A stretch of 63,998 bases of DNA, counting the filler, from Bonamia ostreae (lineage: Eukaryota), in assembly GCA_040357525.1 (NCBI GenBank). It is 7 parts of 7 records of this genome, joined end to end, with 100 filler letters (N's around TTAATTAATTAA, not from the genome) between each part and the next. Parts side by side here need not be neighbours in the genome. Positions count along the whole stretch, not along the records: positions 1 to 9,583 come from JBDODL010000040.1; positions 9,684 to 19,244 come from JBDODL010000041.1; 5 more parts are not named here. One strand, given 5' to 3'. The stretch's first letter is position 1; the number at the start of each line of letters is the position of its first letter. Below, piece after piece: positions 1-13,812 of the stretch. Under the pieces are notes generated by a model. The model did no database searches and was not told the origin of the DNA. It saw only the letters and a list, made by a program, of their open reading frames with translations. The position numbers and the translations under genes were made by a program.

Positions 1-110
1 CAAATTTAAGAAAATTTACATGCAAAAACAAACATTAATTCAAGTAATAAAATTTTTATGCACGATAAATATCAAATTTTCACGTTGTTTCTTGGTTTAG
101 CTTTAATACA

Positions 111-831
111 ATGGAGCAAATATTGAAACATACAGAATTTATTGATAGCGATTTTTTTAAAGAACTTTTAAAGCATATGATTCACGAGAACAATGTTTTT
201 GCAAATATTTAATATAGAAATTTACAAATTGATCAGTTTTGTTTAAATTTACAAATAATTTACAATTTTATATTTGTATAAAAATTATTGAATGTCAAAT
301 TTTCGTTAAAACAAAAATTTTTCCTTTTAAATGCGAAACAAATTTTAAACAATTATCAAATTAAATGCGAATTTTAAATNNNNNNNNNNATCAAAACCAA
401 AATAATTTGACTGCTTTTAAAAACCATCCCCACTTTTACGAGAAAATTGAACCATCTTATAATACCGATCCACCAAAACTTAATGAATACGATTTACAAG
501 GAGTTTTTACTGTTACAGCTAAAAATAGATAAGAGACCAATTAAAGCTGCACGAATGCCATAATTGCCATAAAAAAGCGCAAAGAAATCATTCCTACATG
601 TGCAAAAACGTCACTGGAGACAACAAAACAGTTTTTTGTAAATTAGAAAAAGTGTGGAAAAGTTTATTGCAACAATTGCGTTAAAAAATTTTACAGAACT
701 TACAAATCTGATCTTCTTTACAATTAGTTATTTTTATAATTAAAAGTTATTCGGGATCATGGAAATGTCCCTTTTGCAAAAACGAGTGCATGTGTAATGA
801 ATGTGGAGATAGTAAATCTACTTATGGATAA
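111..831 (+). CDS. Zinc-finger protein with zf-4CXXC_R1 (CDCA7-like) domain; 5' exon structure uncertain
   Basis: Removing tiny introns (631-652 and 727-746) gives CHNC..C..C..YCNNC..WKCPFCKNECMCNEC, stop TAA 829-831. Confidence 0.55.
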
Positions 832-1135
832 TTGTGATTTCCGACTAAAATTTTTTGCACAATAATTTTTCTTTTTTTTTGAACAAAAATCTTTAATTCG
901 TCAAATATTTATTGTTTTTTTGCAATTAAATTCGTCAAATTTTAAAATTTCAGACTAAAATTTGAATAAAATTTTAATTGCAAAATTTTAAACACATTTT
1001 AGATTTCTCAGCTAAAATTCGACTAACTGCAAATTAAAGAACAAATTAACATTTAGCCAAAACAACTAAAATCAGATTTAATAAAGGCAAAACCAGTTTA
1101 ACTATATGAAGAAACTTAACTTACGACTTGACGAA

Positions 1136-2309
1136 ATGGATAACAACTCCAACATTGTCGATCCTTGCCCCATTTGCCTCGATCAATACAAAACTCCTTC
1201 TCGCGGCATTAAAAACGGGCAAGCTGAATGTGCACTAAAACCTTGCTTCCGTTTTTTTGGAAACAAAATCCGCCATTATTAAAAAAAATAAATTAAAATT
1301 TTGAACGTTTTTGCGAAAAAAGATTCGCTTTGTTTTCGATGTCTATTGAACACATTTGTGCATTCTTCGCAACAATGCCCCATTTGCAAAGGAACGATAG
1401 TCGCCATCTACATTTTTTTCGATCCCGCGTGCGTGTTGCCGGTCGAAGGGTTGCGAAGTCTGATTTCGCCTTTTCGGCATGGGATTTTCAGAGGGCAAAA
1501 GCATCTGGTCAACGCGCGTACTAGAGAAATCCTCCCGAACGCAAATATTGTTTACAGAAGATTTAGTAAAACGTTAATGCATTCGTTGAGAAAGAAAGTC
1601 TATGTAGATTTTAAGCCAACAAAGTCGCTAATTTATTCTGTTCGAACTGTTCGACGTTTTTAGTTGTCGCAAATTTTTAATTCAAATTTTTTATATTAAT
1701 TTAATTGCCAATTCTGGTAAAAAGTTTAGTAGATTAATGGCCAATTTTCGTTTTGAATAAATTATAAAAATATTTAAATTATTGAAAGCGAATTAATGGT
1801 CAATTTTGGTAAAAAGTTTAGTAAATTAATGGCCAATTTTCGTTTTGAATAAATTGCAAAAATATTTAAATTTTTGAAAATGACCAATTTTCGTTCTGAA
1901 ATTTAGCTTTCGATACAAATAAATATTTCGTAAATGTAAAAACAACAATAAAGCGCCATCCAGTTTTGCAAAATTAGCTTTCCTAGAAAAGAAGAAAATA
2001 TCGAAATTTGTATCGAGAGAATTGGAGACATTGACGGGGAGTACAGACACGGAGATCTTAGTCGACTACATTTTAACGCTTTTGAATCGATTTTCTGTAA
2101 ACTCTGCCGATTTTGCAAAATACATAGAAAAAATCTTTGGCAACAGAAAATATTCAATTTTGTTTTCAAAAGAATTGGAAACTTTTCTGCGATTTCGGTG
2201 TGAGCGGATTCAGGAATTCGATGAAGTTCTTTTGGCGAGGTACTTTTTGTCGAAATATTGTTCGAAGAAGAATTTTGTGGATTTGACGAAAACAGCGATA
2301 ATTATTTAA
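1136..2309 (+). CDS. RING-HC E3 ubiquitin ligase, Topors-like
   Basis: Spliced RING CPICL..KPCFHSLCFRC..CPICK; C-terminal ILVDYILTLL..FSKELETFLRF resembles the Topors conserved region. Confidence 0.65.
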
Positions 2310-2558
2310 TTTTTAAATTTATTGAGTGCACTTTTTCAGTTAATACAAATTTTTTAATATTCGAAATCAAAATTGTTTGCATTTCTGTTTTCGATTTTCA
2401 AAAATTTTATTTTCTGATTATCGGTTCTACTAAGTCGCCATTTTTAATTGAAAATTTTTATTGTTTTCGTTGAAGTCGCCATTTTTCGTTGAAAATTTTT
2501 ATTGTTGACGATTCAAGAATATCAAAATACATTAAAATTGAGCCATTTATTTTAAAAA

Positions 2559-5500
2559 TTACATTTTGATGTTTTGCAAAATGAATGCTATTTCCCTCAA
2601 ATCGCGATAACTCTGATCTCTAAAAAAATAATTGATCAGCGCCAATTGCTCAAGTTCTGAAGAAGATTTCGAAAGTTGTTTCCAAAAAGTTTTATCCAAA
2701 TTTTTTGTTCTTATTTGCACGGGCAAAGGCAAATTGTAATAAGAAACGTATCCACACTTTAAAAATTGAACAAGTTTTAACCAAAATTTTACAGTCACTT
2801 TCTTTGAGTTCCCCTTTATTCTCAAATCCGTAAAAAATCTTTATCGCGCTCACTAATTCGTCGTTTTTTTCAAAATTCTCCATTTTGGAATTTTTGTACG
2901 ACATTAATAAATTTAGCTCATTAAATTTACTGCTGCTCACGTCATATTTTCTTCGAATATTTTAATTAAAAAATTGTAAAAATTCAGATTATCGCAAAAA
3001 CCTGATTTGTTTCAACAATTTTTTCATTTCGTTTCGAATTCGCTCGTCAAATCCAAAATCCGGCGAAAAAGATTTTTCTGTTAAAACTTCGAATCTAAAG
3101 CGATCAAATTTTATCAAACAATTTTTCTTTTTCGCTAGAAAACTTTCGTTTGACAAAAATAGAAGACGCGTTATTTTCATTCAAAAGTTCGTTTTGCGGC
3201 CAAAAGGATTTGTCCACTATTTTTATTCTTTTGATCTCTCTTCTTTCGGGCAACAAACACGGCGTGAGCAATTTAATTTTGCCTTTTTTGTCCGTTCGAT
3301 CGATTTCGATCACGGTCTATTGTTTTGCTATAACAAATAAACGTTGCAAAGTTGCCCCGTTTCGGAATCGATTGTTTCGAAATGGCGTTTATCTGCAGCC
3401 AGAATCCAGAGATAGCGAAAGAAAGGAGGATACACGTCGGTCATCAGGAATGACCTTGAAATCAGTAATGGGAGAATGGATATCAGAAGACCGGCCGTCC
3501 CTTTGTCGGACGAGGTCAATGAGGTTCTGCCGCCTCCCATAAACAAAAATCCTATTGCCATTGACACCAACTCGTTTTCGCTCGAATTCAACTATTAAAT
3601 CGCAAATAAAATTAGTTGATTGCTACGTCGCAGAATCAGTTTTAAATCGAATTCAATTTAGTGACAAATTTTATTTCAACAAAAATTTAATTTGAACGAT
3701 ATTGATTTTGCAACAATCTATTTTAGACCGACAAATAATTTGAACGATATTGATTTTGCAACAATCTATTTTAGACCGAAAATCTAAATTTTAAACATTG
3801 TTTGATATTTTGCGAAGTCTCCTCAATATTTTGAACACGGACAAATCGCAGCTACCCGCCATGACAACAGCCATGTTGGTCGCCATTCCAACGACAAAGG
3901 ATTTAAAACACGATTCCGGCACTTTCAAATTTTGCCTCTCGCGCGAAGAGAGGGCTTTGTTGTACATCTGCATCAGCAGACCAAGAACACGAGCGTCTCT
4001 TGATCCGCAAAACTTGATCGCTAGAGCTGTGCAACAACCGAGCAGAGAGTACAAACAGAAGGAATCTCTGTTCGTCCCGACCGTTTCTTCGAATTTTATC
4101 GTCGTTTTATCGCCTTTGACGAAACGGTAAAATCGCGATTTCTTTCTCAGAATTGGTGGAATGTTTTGTTTGAGCCATTTCACGGTCGGTTGAATGTCGT
4201 TCCACATCACAATGTTCCGACTCAGCAGTCGGTAGAAAGCGAATTCGCCTCTGTAATTATCGATAAAGTTGGCAGAATTCTTAATTTCCAATCTTTAAGG
4301 ATTGACAAATTGAGATTTGTAAACAGTTTTCCGATAAGAGAATTGTTTGTTTTGTAATGGATGAAGCCCAGAGCTAACAAAGATCCGGGTGCAGTGACGA
4401 AAAGGTCTATTTTGGTTCCAGAATGGGTCAAACTGGTTTTAATATACTTTCCTTCTGTTTCTGCATCCATCGGCTAAATTAAAGTCAGTTTTAAATAACA
4501 AAATTGTTTGTTGAATTAATAAATATCGCAATTTACAAAAATGGTTTTTATTTACAAAAATTGTTTTATAATAAATATTGGTAAAAAATTAAAATTGTTT
4601 GTTAATAAATATTGGAATTTACAAAAATTGTTAAAATTTCACAAAAATTGCACATTTCGACCGGAAGATGATAAAATAAACTTCAAAATCATCATCAATA
4701 AAATCAAGAGAATCGCTGTTTGAATCTACTTTTTTGGTTCCACCATTTGAATCTTGCAGAAACATAGCGTCTACATTGCAACAATTGCCGTTTTCTTCAC
4801 ATCCTTTTCCCAGATTTACCAAACCGTAAGCCAAACTCGACGATAAATGGAGTTGGCCCAAATCTTCTTCTTCACCGTCATTTTTGCTTTTCGCTGTTAA
4901 TTATCTAAAAAGCAACTGATTATTTCCAATATCACTTTGTTCATCGAAGTGTTTCCAGAGGACATATAAAGCAGCCCCAAACACAAAATGGCAACCGATT
5001 GTAACAGAGAAGGCACCGTCTTTTCCGACTCCATTAACGTCGACGGCATCAAATTAGGGACATGCAAAGAAACCATTTTCGTTATTTCCTTTATCAACGA
5101 CAATTAAAAATTTACAATTTTGGTCCTTTAAGTCTAAAACAACTAAACTGCTGCCAGAAAATGGCTGCTAAAAACGGAAAATTAAAAGTTTTTAAAAATA
5201 CGAAATCCATCGAACCAACGGCCCTTAACGAAAATCCCAGCAACAAAGCAACCGAAACGACTTCTTTTTGGCTCTGAAAGTAATCAAACAAATCGGTCGA
5301 ATCTAGACTAGACAAATAGCCCTTCGCTCCTATTCCGAGAAGAAACCCACTGTGCGCGTGCAGCGACTCTTTGGGAAAACCGAGAATTTCGTTTCTGCCC
5401 AAAAACGGCATATTTTCGGGAAGAGAAAGCGCGAAGGCAGCACCGCTATGGAATTCGCCCATGCTCTTGGCGATTTTGCTGGCTCTGGAATCAACCGGGA

Positions 5501-8500
5501 TTTCGAACTCTTTACTGCTTCCCTTTATCCTTAAACTGGTGCTGATTTGGTCAGAAGACAGTTTTCGGTGGGACGGGCATTTGTTGGAAAATGTCTCGTT
5601 TTCGTCAAATAGGAAAAGTGCTCTGCCGAGAGGCATCGCACAAGTGCGCTGGAAATATTTGTAGGGGACGCTAATGTCTTTTCGCTTCCAGTTTTCAAGG
5701 ACAGTTTCTTCCTCGTCGGTGCAGTTTATCGCGACGATCTGAGGTTTGCTAGAGCAGAGACAACGTTCGACTTCTTTGAGGCGGAGGTCTTTTGTGAAAC
5801 GGGTTTTTCTCCAGTTGGCACATATGGTCGAAATAGTGGTTTTGTCTTTTAGAGGCACGTCAAAAAATTTACCGTTGCCATCGTCTTTTTTGGCGCAACT
5901 CGGACAGTTGCGGTTGTTATTTGCAGCGCTTGTTTTTGCCAGACCGTTTTTCGCGGAGTCGATAATATTGAGAGCAATGTCTTCTCGACCTGCAATCTTC
6001 CACAAATCGGCAGACTTTGTGTTTTGAGAAAACAGAATCTTCGCCAGAATGTCTCTTAATATCAAAGATATGGCATCCGGCAATCCGACAAAATCGTCGG
6101 TGGTTATTCCTCTCAACATAGTCGAAACAGTTTCCGCTTTAAGTTTTATCATGGAACCTGTTTTTCTGTTTTTTTCTTCTTTGTAAAAACGCAAAGGCGA
6201 GAAGATGAGATGGCCGGACTTACTTTTTTTAAAAGTTTTTGCCAATTTGACGGCACTCCCCGATTTCCCGAAACTGGTTTCAAAAGAAAATTCCGATTCG
6301 ACTTTAAAAATTGTCATGTTTTTGATGATTTGTGAACTTAACTTTTGAGGCAACAAAATTAAAATTTCATCGCCTCTAAAATGAGATAGTTTTAGGAATG
6401 GAACGCGCTAATCAAATTTTCATTAAAGAAAAGTTTAGCGATAAATAGGAATGGAAGAATTGTAACAAATGAAGAATTGGCTCGGAATGGAAGCCATCAC
6501 AGTAAGTTTTTAGCGTTCGAACGCCATTTTTTAATTTGGAATTTGGGAACTCACGAATTGACTTGACCGGAGTCAAAATTCAGTGCTTTTTACATTCAAG
6601 GTCCGAAGTTTTATGGTAACCTCAGTCAAATTAGGAATTTGGATAAACCCACTTGACATCAGTTTGGAACGATGACAAATTTTAACTTGACATCAGTTTG
6701 GAACGATGACAAATTTTAACTTGACATCAGTTTGGAACGNNNNNNNNNNNNNNNNNNNNNNNNNNNNNNNNNNNNNNNNNNNNNNNNNNNNNNNNNNNNN
6801 NNNNNNNNNNNNNNNNNNNNNNNNNNNNNNNNNNNNNNNATGACATATTTCAGAACGTAAAATTGAATTAAAAACTCTCTTTCAAATCAAGCAAAGCAAA
6901 CACCACTTCCACGAACAAACAGATTTTTCTCAAGCGTTCCAGAAAAGAACAGTTCGGATTAAGCAAAGGCGCGTTTTTCAAGATTTGGGAAGGTTTTCTT
7001 TCTATTTTCGCGGACAACCATTTGTAAAAATCAAAGGGCGCGCTTTCCGCAATTTTTTGTCCTCCGATTTTGTTATTTCTAATCGCGATATATCTTTTCA
7101 ACAAAGACGCGAAATCTCGAAAGTAAATATCCGTGTAGCCAAACTGCCCCAATTGCAGACTTATGTTGGTCAACAACTCAGCAACTTTGTAGCTCTCTTT
7201 CTGATTTAAGTCCAGTTTTAGGCTTTCGTAGAAACAATGCAAAGCTCTCAGGATTCGGCACCAATCTTTTTTTGGTTTTCGTTCGCTGTTGCCTTCAATC
7301 TCTTTGACGCAAAAATTGATAAAAGCGTCGAACTCGCTCTGATCCGGGGCCCTTTCGCCTGCCAGAAATTTTTTCAAGAACGACAAAAATTTCTATTTTT
7401 GCTTTACAAAACTTTTTTCGTGACGACGGTTGATATGGTCCTTAGACATATCGTCGTCGCCTTTTCGTTGATGATCGGTTCAAACTCGGTGCTCACTTTT
7501 CTCCCAGAACTAGTTGTGACCAGTATATTCGACGCTTCTTTCTCGATGAAGCAAACTTTCTCTCTTTCGGCTTTCTACAAATTTTTACGTAAACGTTCAG
7601 AAGAACGCGGGCAATTTGTGTCTTTGACGAATGCAAAATCATCTCATTGGACAAGTTCAGACAAAGCAGGTCGTTGTTGCAGTAGAAGTCGTCATAGAAT
7701 TGCTCTTCGACGCAGTCTTCCAACAAACTAGAAATTGCAGACGAAAACGTTTTTTCGCGAAAATTTTGGAACTGTTGTTTCCCGTCGTAAAAACTGTAAA
7801 TCGATTTGACCGGAACTACAGAAAGCGCTTCGAATTTAAAAATCGGATTTTGAGCAATCGCTTCAAAATTCGCGCTGACTTCGAATGCCGAGAACTCGTT
7901 TTGGGAGTGACTAAAATGCGCGAAAAAACTTCATGAAGCACAAAAGATTGCCATTGGTGTCGTCGCCAGCTAGAAAAACAGAAGCTTTCCGGTTAAAATT
8001 AAGAGGCAGTTCGAACTTAAAATCGAACAACGCTTCGATTCTGTTTTCTGGATTACTTGCGTTTTTGGCACTCACATTCGATTTTAATTTCGAGTTTCTG
8101 CGTTCGGGAGTGAAAATTCCAGAAAAACGCTTTTTGTACACAAAATCGCTTTTCGACTTCATTTTGGGCGTTTTTAGACTTTTTAAAGTTTTTTTAAAGC
8201 TTTTGTTTGTTTTTCTGTTCGGATTGGGTGTTCGAAGGAGGTTTTTTCCGAGACTGAGTCTTCTCTGTACCTCTCTGGTTGTTCTCCTAAGAAAATATAC
8301 TCTGTGCTTGTAGTCTCTTGCCATTGTCACCACTATCGGTTTGAACAGACTGGTGAAAATGACTTGTTCTTTGTTCAGATTTTTGGTGCCGATTTGCCCA
8401 ATTTTTTTGCATTCGCCAAGAGGGTGTGTCAATGAGTAATATCTATCTTCGCCAGAGATTTCGACTGCTCTCTCAACCAAAATCCCCTTGAACTTTATTA

Positions 8501-8851
8501 AAGGTTTACGTCTGGAAGAGCGAAAATAGATTTTATTAGGAATGGGATAGGACAAAAGTATTCAAGATTAGAGTCGATGTTGAAAATGCGAACGAATCCG
8601 CTTGCCAAAACGCAGAGCATGCGGACGCGGGACTTGTCAAGAGTTGAAAACGTGCTCCAAAGCACTTGTTCAATGCATTTAATGTGAATTGTTTTTATTT
8701 CAACTCCGTTTTTAAAAATTTTTATTCGACTGTTTTCGCAAAGAGTTTTTTGCCCTTGTGCAAAAGGCGTTTCCAAAATTTTACAAAACGAATCGTTTGA
8801 GTTGCCTTTTTCGCCAATTACTTTCACACATTTTAATCTGATGTCGGGCAT
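2559..8851 (-). CDS. APC1: Anaphase-promoting complex subunit 1 (multi-exon)
   Basis: Motifs RFTKDLRLKEVERCLCSSKP, RTCAMPLGRA, HSGFLLGIG, VTAPGSLLALG, WNDIQP, VMAGSCDL, MAIGFLFMGGG, TPCLLPE in order across ORFs; one intron contains an N gap. Confidence 0.9.
6619..6690 (+). repeat. Dispersed repeat copy 1 (inside an APC1 intron)
   Basis: acctcagtcaaattaggaa...cttgacatcagtttggaacga matches 14890-14968. Confidence 0.6.
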
Positions 8852-9161
8852 CGATCTAGCTTTAAATATTAAATTTTCGTAATATAGTTTTTTTCCCAGA
8901 TGTAATGACTTTTTGCAAGAATTTAATGGGTTTCTTGCAATAAATATTTACTTTCAAGTAACAATAAATATTTTATTTGGCCGCAGAAATGTAACTGCAG
9001 TAGCCGTTCTTATCACCAATTTCAGTAGAACGATAATATTTTAAAATGATGGAATATCTTTTCTAATTTTTTGTAATTTTAAACGATAGAAAGTCACAAA
9101 TCTCAAAAAAGAAAAAATATGAAAAGTTGATATCGTTTACTGAACAAAAAGTAGATATTTT

Positions 9162-9573
9162 ATGAAAATTGGAACAGGATTAAATTGCACTGAGAAATCT
9201 CCAAGAACGCAAATCTTGGGAGGAAATGACTGGTCGAATGGTCTTTTCGGATGCTTTGACGACCCAATGCTCTGTTATTTTCTATCAATTTTTAGGTTTC
9301 ATGTCTTGTTGTGTTCCCTGTTTGCCGGAAGCAAGAATATACACAAAGATAAGAGACGACGATAATCTTATCTTGTACACGTGTGTTTTCTGCTTTATTG
9401 ATTTGATCGGGTGCTTTACCTGTGCTACTTGTTTCTTGCGGACACAGGTCAGAAAAAATTACAGCATTGAAGTTTTTTTTGCAACATTATAGGGGAATAT
9501 GGTGTTTGATTTTTTTATATCTTGTTGTTGCATGTGTTGCGCCATTGTCCAAATGCATAGTCAAGCCGAATAA
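9162..9573 (+). CDS. PLAC8/cornifelin family Cys-rich protein
   Basis: WSNGLFGCFDD..CCVPC..LRTQVRKNYSIEG..CCCMCCAIVQ after removing introns 9274-9295 and 9472-9492. Confidence 0.85.
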
Positions 9574-9583
9574 ATGTAAACGG

Positions 9584-9683
9584 NNNNNNNNNNNNNNNNN
9601 NNNNNNNNNNNNNNNNNNNNNNNNNNNTTAATTAATTAANNNNNNNNNNNNNNNNNNNNNNNNNNNNNNNNNNNNNNNNNNNN
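9584..9683. other. Artificial contig-joining linker
   Basis: N run + TTAATTAATTAA (stops in six frames) + N run, 100 nt. Confidence 0.95.
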
Positions 9684-10448
9684 CTTCAACAGTAATTTCA
9701 ACCGGTTTCGGTTTGACTTGTTTTGAAAAGTTATTTAGAATGTATCCCGAAAACGAAGAAGGATAGCAATCCAAAACGCAACACAGAAAATGAAAAGTTG
9801 GGAAAACAGCAAAATTTTTATTTTCAGTTTTGGCCAAATTTTGATTGTTTTGGCCAAATTTTGCCGTAAAATTATGACGAGAAGGAACGTTCATTTTCTG
9901 GTTGTTTTTAGAAAGTCTGGAAAGATATCCGTCCATAGAACGTTTTGATGCCAAACAAATCCAAGTATATTTGTTCAGATCAAAATTTTTAGCAATTTCT
10001 CTAAATTTTAGAATTTAGTTTTTTTCTCAATTTAAAAATTTGCGAAAAATTAAAAACTTATCGATTAAAATTTTAAAAATTATTTTGTTCGAATGGAAAA
10101 TTTTTAGGTCCGATATTTCAAAGAGATTTGTAAAACGATTTTTCATTACATTTTCCGTTGCCAAACTTTTTAATCTATTTTTTAAGATTTTTGTGAGTTT
10201 CGCAATTAGAAAATTTGCGATTCGTCGAATTTAAAATTTAGCATTTTGGTCAAAACTTTGCTTTGATATCAGAAAAAAGTAAATCGCCCCAATAATCTAA
10301 ATATTGTCCTGGAGATTCAAAATTTAATGGTGATTTTAAAAAATTTTTTAAAATTTTTGAATCGGTCTGCGGATTTGACAAATTCCAGGAGAAAATCTCC
10401 TTTTGATATAAATTAATCAAACGTTAAAAAAAGCCTCTTTAATGGCAT
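9684..10448 (-). CDS. Hypothetical protein, 3' truncated at contig edge
   Basis: ATG 10448, 23-nt GTT..AAG intron, then open exons (YLDYWGDLLFSDI; ORF 9628-9954). Confidence 0.35.
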
Positions 10449-10678
10449 TTTCAATATCACTCATTTTTTAAATTAGCCTAGAAGCTTAAAAACTTTATAA
10501 GATGTGGCTAACAGCAATTGTTGCTTTTTAAATTAGCTTTTCTGTAAAATAAAATTAGCATCGCTGCACAATCAATTGTGGCGACAATTCAAAAAATAAA
10601 TATACAACACCTCAATACGTTAATAATATATATTAACAAATATTACATATAATAACAAATATTAACAAGCTTAAAAAA

Positions 10679-11470
10679 ATGAGCTTTAATTATTCCAAAA
10701 ACAAATCGATTGGCTTTGAAAACGTAAATAGGAACAAAAAATTCGAGAAGGAACTGAACGCGAAACCGCAAATCCGCAAAACGGGAACCACAATTTGCGG
10801 CGCCGTTTTCAAAAATGGCGTTATCCTCGGCTCAGACACGAGAGCCACGAGTTCTTCCGTCGTAGCCAACAAGGAAACCGTCAAAATAGAATATCTGGCT
10901 GACTCCATCGCCTGCGCCGGAGCAGGCACTTCTGCCGATTGCAGCAACGTCCGAAAAATAATGTGCTCCAAATTGGAACTTCTCAAAATGGCCACAAAGA
11001 CCCAACCGAGAGTGGCTGCGGCGAAGAGACTGATTCAACGCCATTTGTTCGAGTACCAAGGTTACGTCTCGGCTTATTTGATTGTCGGCGGAGCCGATTT
11101 CACGGGCGGCCATCTCTACGACATTTCGGCGACTGGCGCCGTCTTCAAAGTGCCCTTCATCGCAGACGGCTCGGGCTGTCTCGCTGCGATGTCGATGCTC
11201 GAGGCCGGTTTCAGAGATGACATGGAAGAGTTGGAGGCCATCGAGTTGGTCTGCAAGGCGGTAAAAGCTGGCATCAACAACGATTTGGGGTCGGGCAGCA
11301 ATGTCGACATCCACGTTTTAACGACCGATGGCGCGAAAGTGTTGAAGGGGTACTTTAGAACAGAGAGTGGAACGGTTGAGATCGATTCTCCGGTCATTCC
11401 TGTTGGATCCACGAGAGTGCTCGGAAACGAGGAAATTTTGCGGGAAAGTGCTGTTGCGATGGCGGATTAA
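10679..11470 (+). CDS. PSMB7: 20S proteasome subunit beta-2 (Pup1 type), intronless
   Basis: Propeptide cleavage KTG/TTICG, DTRAT, GAGTSAD, GSG, NDLGSGSNVD. Confidence 0.95.
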   Translation: MSFNYSKNKSIGFENVNRNKKFEKELNAKPQIRKTGTTICGAVFKNGVILGSDTRATSSSVVANKETVKIEYLADSIACAGAGTSADCSNVRKIMCSKLELLKMATKTQPRVAAAKRLIQRHLFEYQGYVSAYLIVGGADFTGGHLYDISATGAVFKVPFIADGSGCLAAMSMLEAGFRDDMEELEAIELVCKAVKAGINNDLGSGSNVDIHVLTTDGAKVLKGYFRTESGTVEIDSPVIPVGSTRVLGNEEILRESAVAMAD

Positions 11471-11732
11471 ATCTGTTGAACACTTTTTATGTTGTTATGT
11501 ACATTGTTGGTCACTTTTTTTCGTTGTTATGTACATTGTTGGTCACTTTTTTCTCGGTGATGTCCTTTCAAATTGATATGAAGAAGGGAAATTTTGAGTG
11601 CTCCTGCAAATTTTGAATTTCTGTGCTAGTTTTGTTTGAAATTTTCAACGGCGAAGATGACGATGAGTTTGAAATTTTGAAATTTTGGGGACTGGAAATG
11701 AGCCCGAATTCCAAATGAGTCGGAAAAACAAC

Positions 11733-11763
11733 ACATCAGTTTGGAAATGGCAGCACCGGGATT
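11733..11763 (+). repeat. Dispersed repeat copy 2 (partial)
   Basis: acatcagtttggaaatggcagcaccgggatt vs acatcattttggaaacgacaacaacgggatt at ~14937. Confidence 0.5.
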
Positions 11764-12040
11764 GGAACCAATGCACACACGAATGCGTAACTTAATTTGA
11801 ACCAATAAGCCGTCGCGTCTTTTAAGCAAATCGATTTTTTGTTACAAATATAAATTTGAATTTATTTAAAACATGGAAAAGATTTATTTAAAACATAAAA
11901 ATAAAGAAACGAAGAAAAATTTAAAAGAACGAAAAAATAATTTGTAAAATAAATCTGATTTTGGTTACAAAATATAAAAGTTAATAGATCTGATGGACGA
12001 GAAATAAATATTACAAAAATATAAAAATTGTAAAATCCAT

Positions 12041-13812
12041 TCACTGAAAATTCAAAAATTTGTCAAAATCGTTATTCGAATCACTCTCCAAAATCGATAA
12101 AGCGTTATCACAAGAATCACCAATTGGTGTTTTCTCGTTCAATATGTTAAAAAGGTTTTCTTGAGAGATTATTGGCACCATGTAATATTCTACAGATTCG
12201 AAGATCTTGTCTTTATTCATTTTATATCTCACGGATGCACAACATGGAATTTCAGTTCCATCTTTTGTCAGCAGCGATATTTTCAATTGGAAGCCGTCCA
12301 ATGGAGTGACCCCTCCACATGAAAGTTGCTCTAGTTGCAGCAGAACATCCCAACTGCTTGGCGAGAAGCAACGCCATAAAAATGGCATCGTTTCTTTGTT
12401 GTTGTCGCTATTGTTTATCGATTCGATAATTTGGTCTTCTGAGTGGTTTAACATTGATTTTGCGAGATCGGATAAAAACAACATCACATTTAAATTTGTT
12501 TGGTCCTTTTTCTTTTTTTGTTATTGAGGAATAATTATTTGCTACAAATCTTTGTAAACTTGATATTTAAAAAACAATTATTAATTTAAAATAATTATTA
12601 ATTTGAGAATTTGTATGAAAATTGTTGTTTTAAGAAAAAATGAAAAAACGATAAATTTGTATCGCATGATAAGTAAAGGAAGCTTTTTAAGTAATTCAAG
12701 ATCTTGAGAATCGTCTTTATAAAATCTAAAATCGTACAATTGGAAGACTCTTGGACCATTATATCCCATTTCTAGAAATGCGCGATCTAATTGCATTCTA
12801 AAATCATCTTTATAAATTTTCAAAGTGTAAACTTATTTTGCTTTATTTTAAGACTGTTTTTGGATTAAAATTTTGACTTTGCAAAAAATTAAAATAACCA
12901 AATTCCGTTTTAGACAGCGCTTCTTTTATAAGAGAAACTGAGAAATGTCTGGATTTTAAAAAACAATTGAAACAAAGCTGGAGAAACAACATTTTTATCT
13001 ATAAATGTTTTTATAACACTCGGTTGCCATAATTGATACCAATTGATGCGAATTTTGTTTTTGAAGTTTAGCACAAAGCTGCTCGATTTTGTTGAAATTG
13101 GAGACGTCGCTGCATTCCCATTCAACAATAAGTTTTTATGCGTTGTTTCTATTGGTGACTCAAAATGACAGTTTTCCATTTTTGTACTAGGCCTATGGTC
13201 CAAGAGACCGTTTTGAAATGATTCGTTCCCATTCTTTATTTACAATTATATTTTGCATCAAAAAATTATATTTTGCATCAAAATAAAAAATTATATTTTT
13301 GTAGAACCGAGTACATCATTCCTCCGTTTGATAAAAAATCGTTTTCGTGAAGGCTATTCCCAAACTGAAGCCCCATTGAATGTGACATAGATTTTTCCAT
13401 CGGAGAAAAGGGCGTCAAACTAAATTAACAAACAAAACCAATTCTTCTTTTTAGGCCTCCCCTTCTTCTTATGCACTACGTTCTTGCATTGATTTGTTAT
13501 CTGTCTCGACACGCAGCGTTTACAAGGACGTTCTTACTGGATTACCAAAAAACCGCCATCGCAACTGGTTTTTGCCTTGTTACAGGGGACACAAGCGATT
13601 GCCACTCTCTTTCTCTGTTTCTTCGCTTTGATTGTTTTTGGCGTAGTTGTCTCCCGAGGACTGTACAAAGCGAACTGTTCGTTGTCAAGCGGGTGCGAAA
13701 AAGGGTGGCGTGGCGTCATGTTTGTGTTAATCGGAGCGACGCGCGGTTGCATTCCGGGATAGTTCCCAAGGTACATCTTGTTGTCCATGTACTTGTAGTT
13801 GTCAGAGTGCAT
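12041..13812 (-). CDS. Zn(II)2Cys6 binuclear cluster transcription factor with Ert1/AcuK-like C-terminal domain; start uncertain
   Basis: Spliced CVPCNKAKTSCDGERPCKRCVSRQITNQC followed by KKKGRPKK; C-terminal LLTKDGTEIPCCASV..YMVPI. Confidence 0.75.

Noticed and set aside
4408-4434. Possible 27-nt in-frame intron in APC1 (gtttgacccat..aaaatag)
   Set aside because: Unspliced GTKIDLFVTAPG already fits the APC1 motif, so no intron is needed
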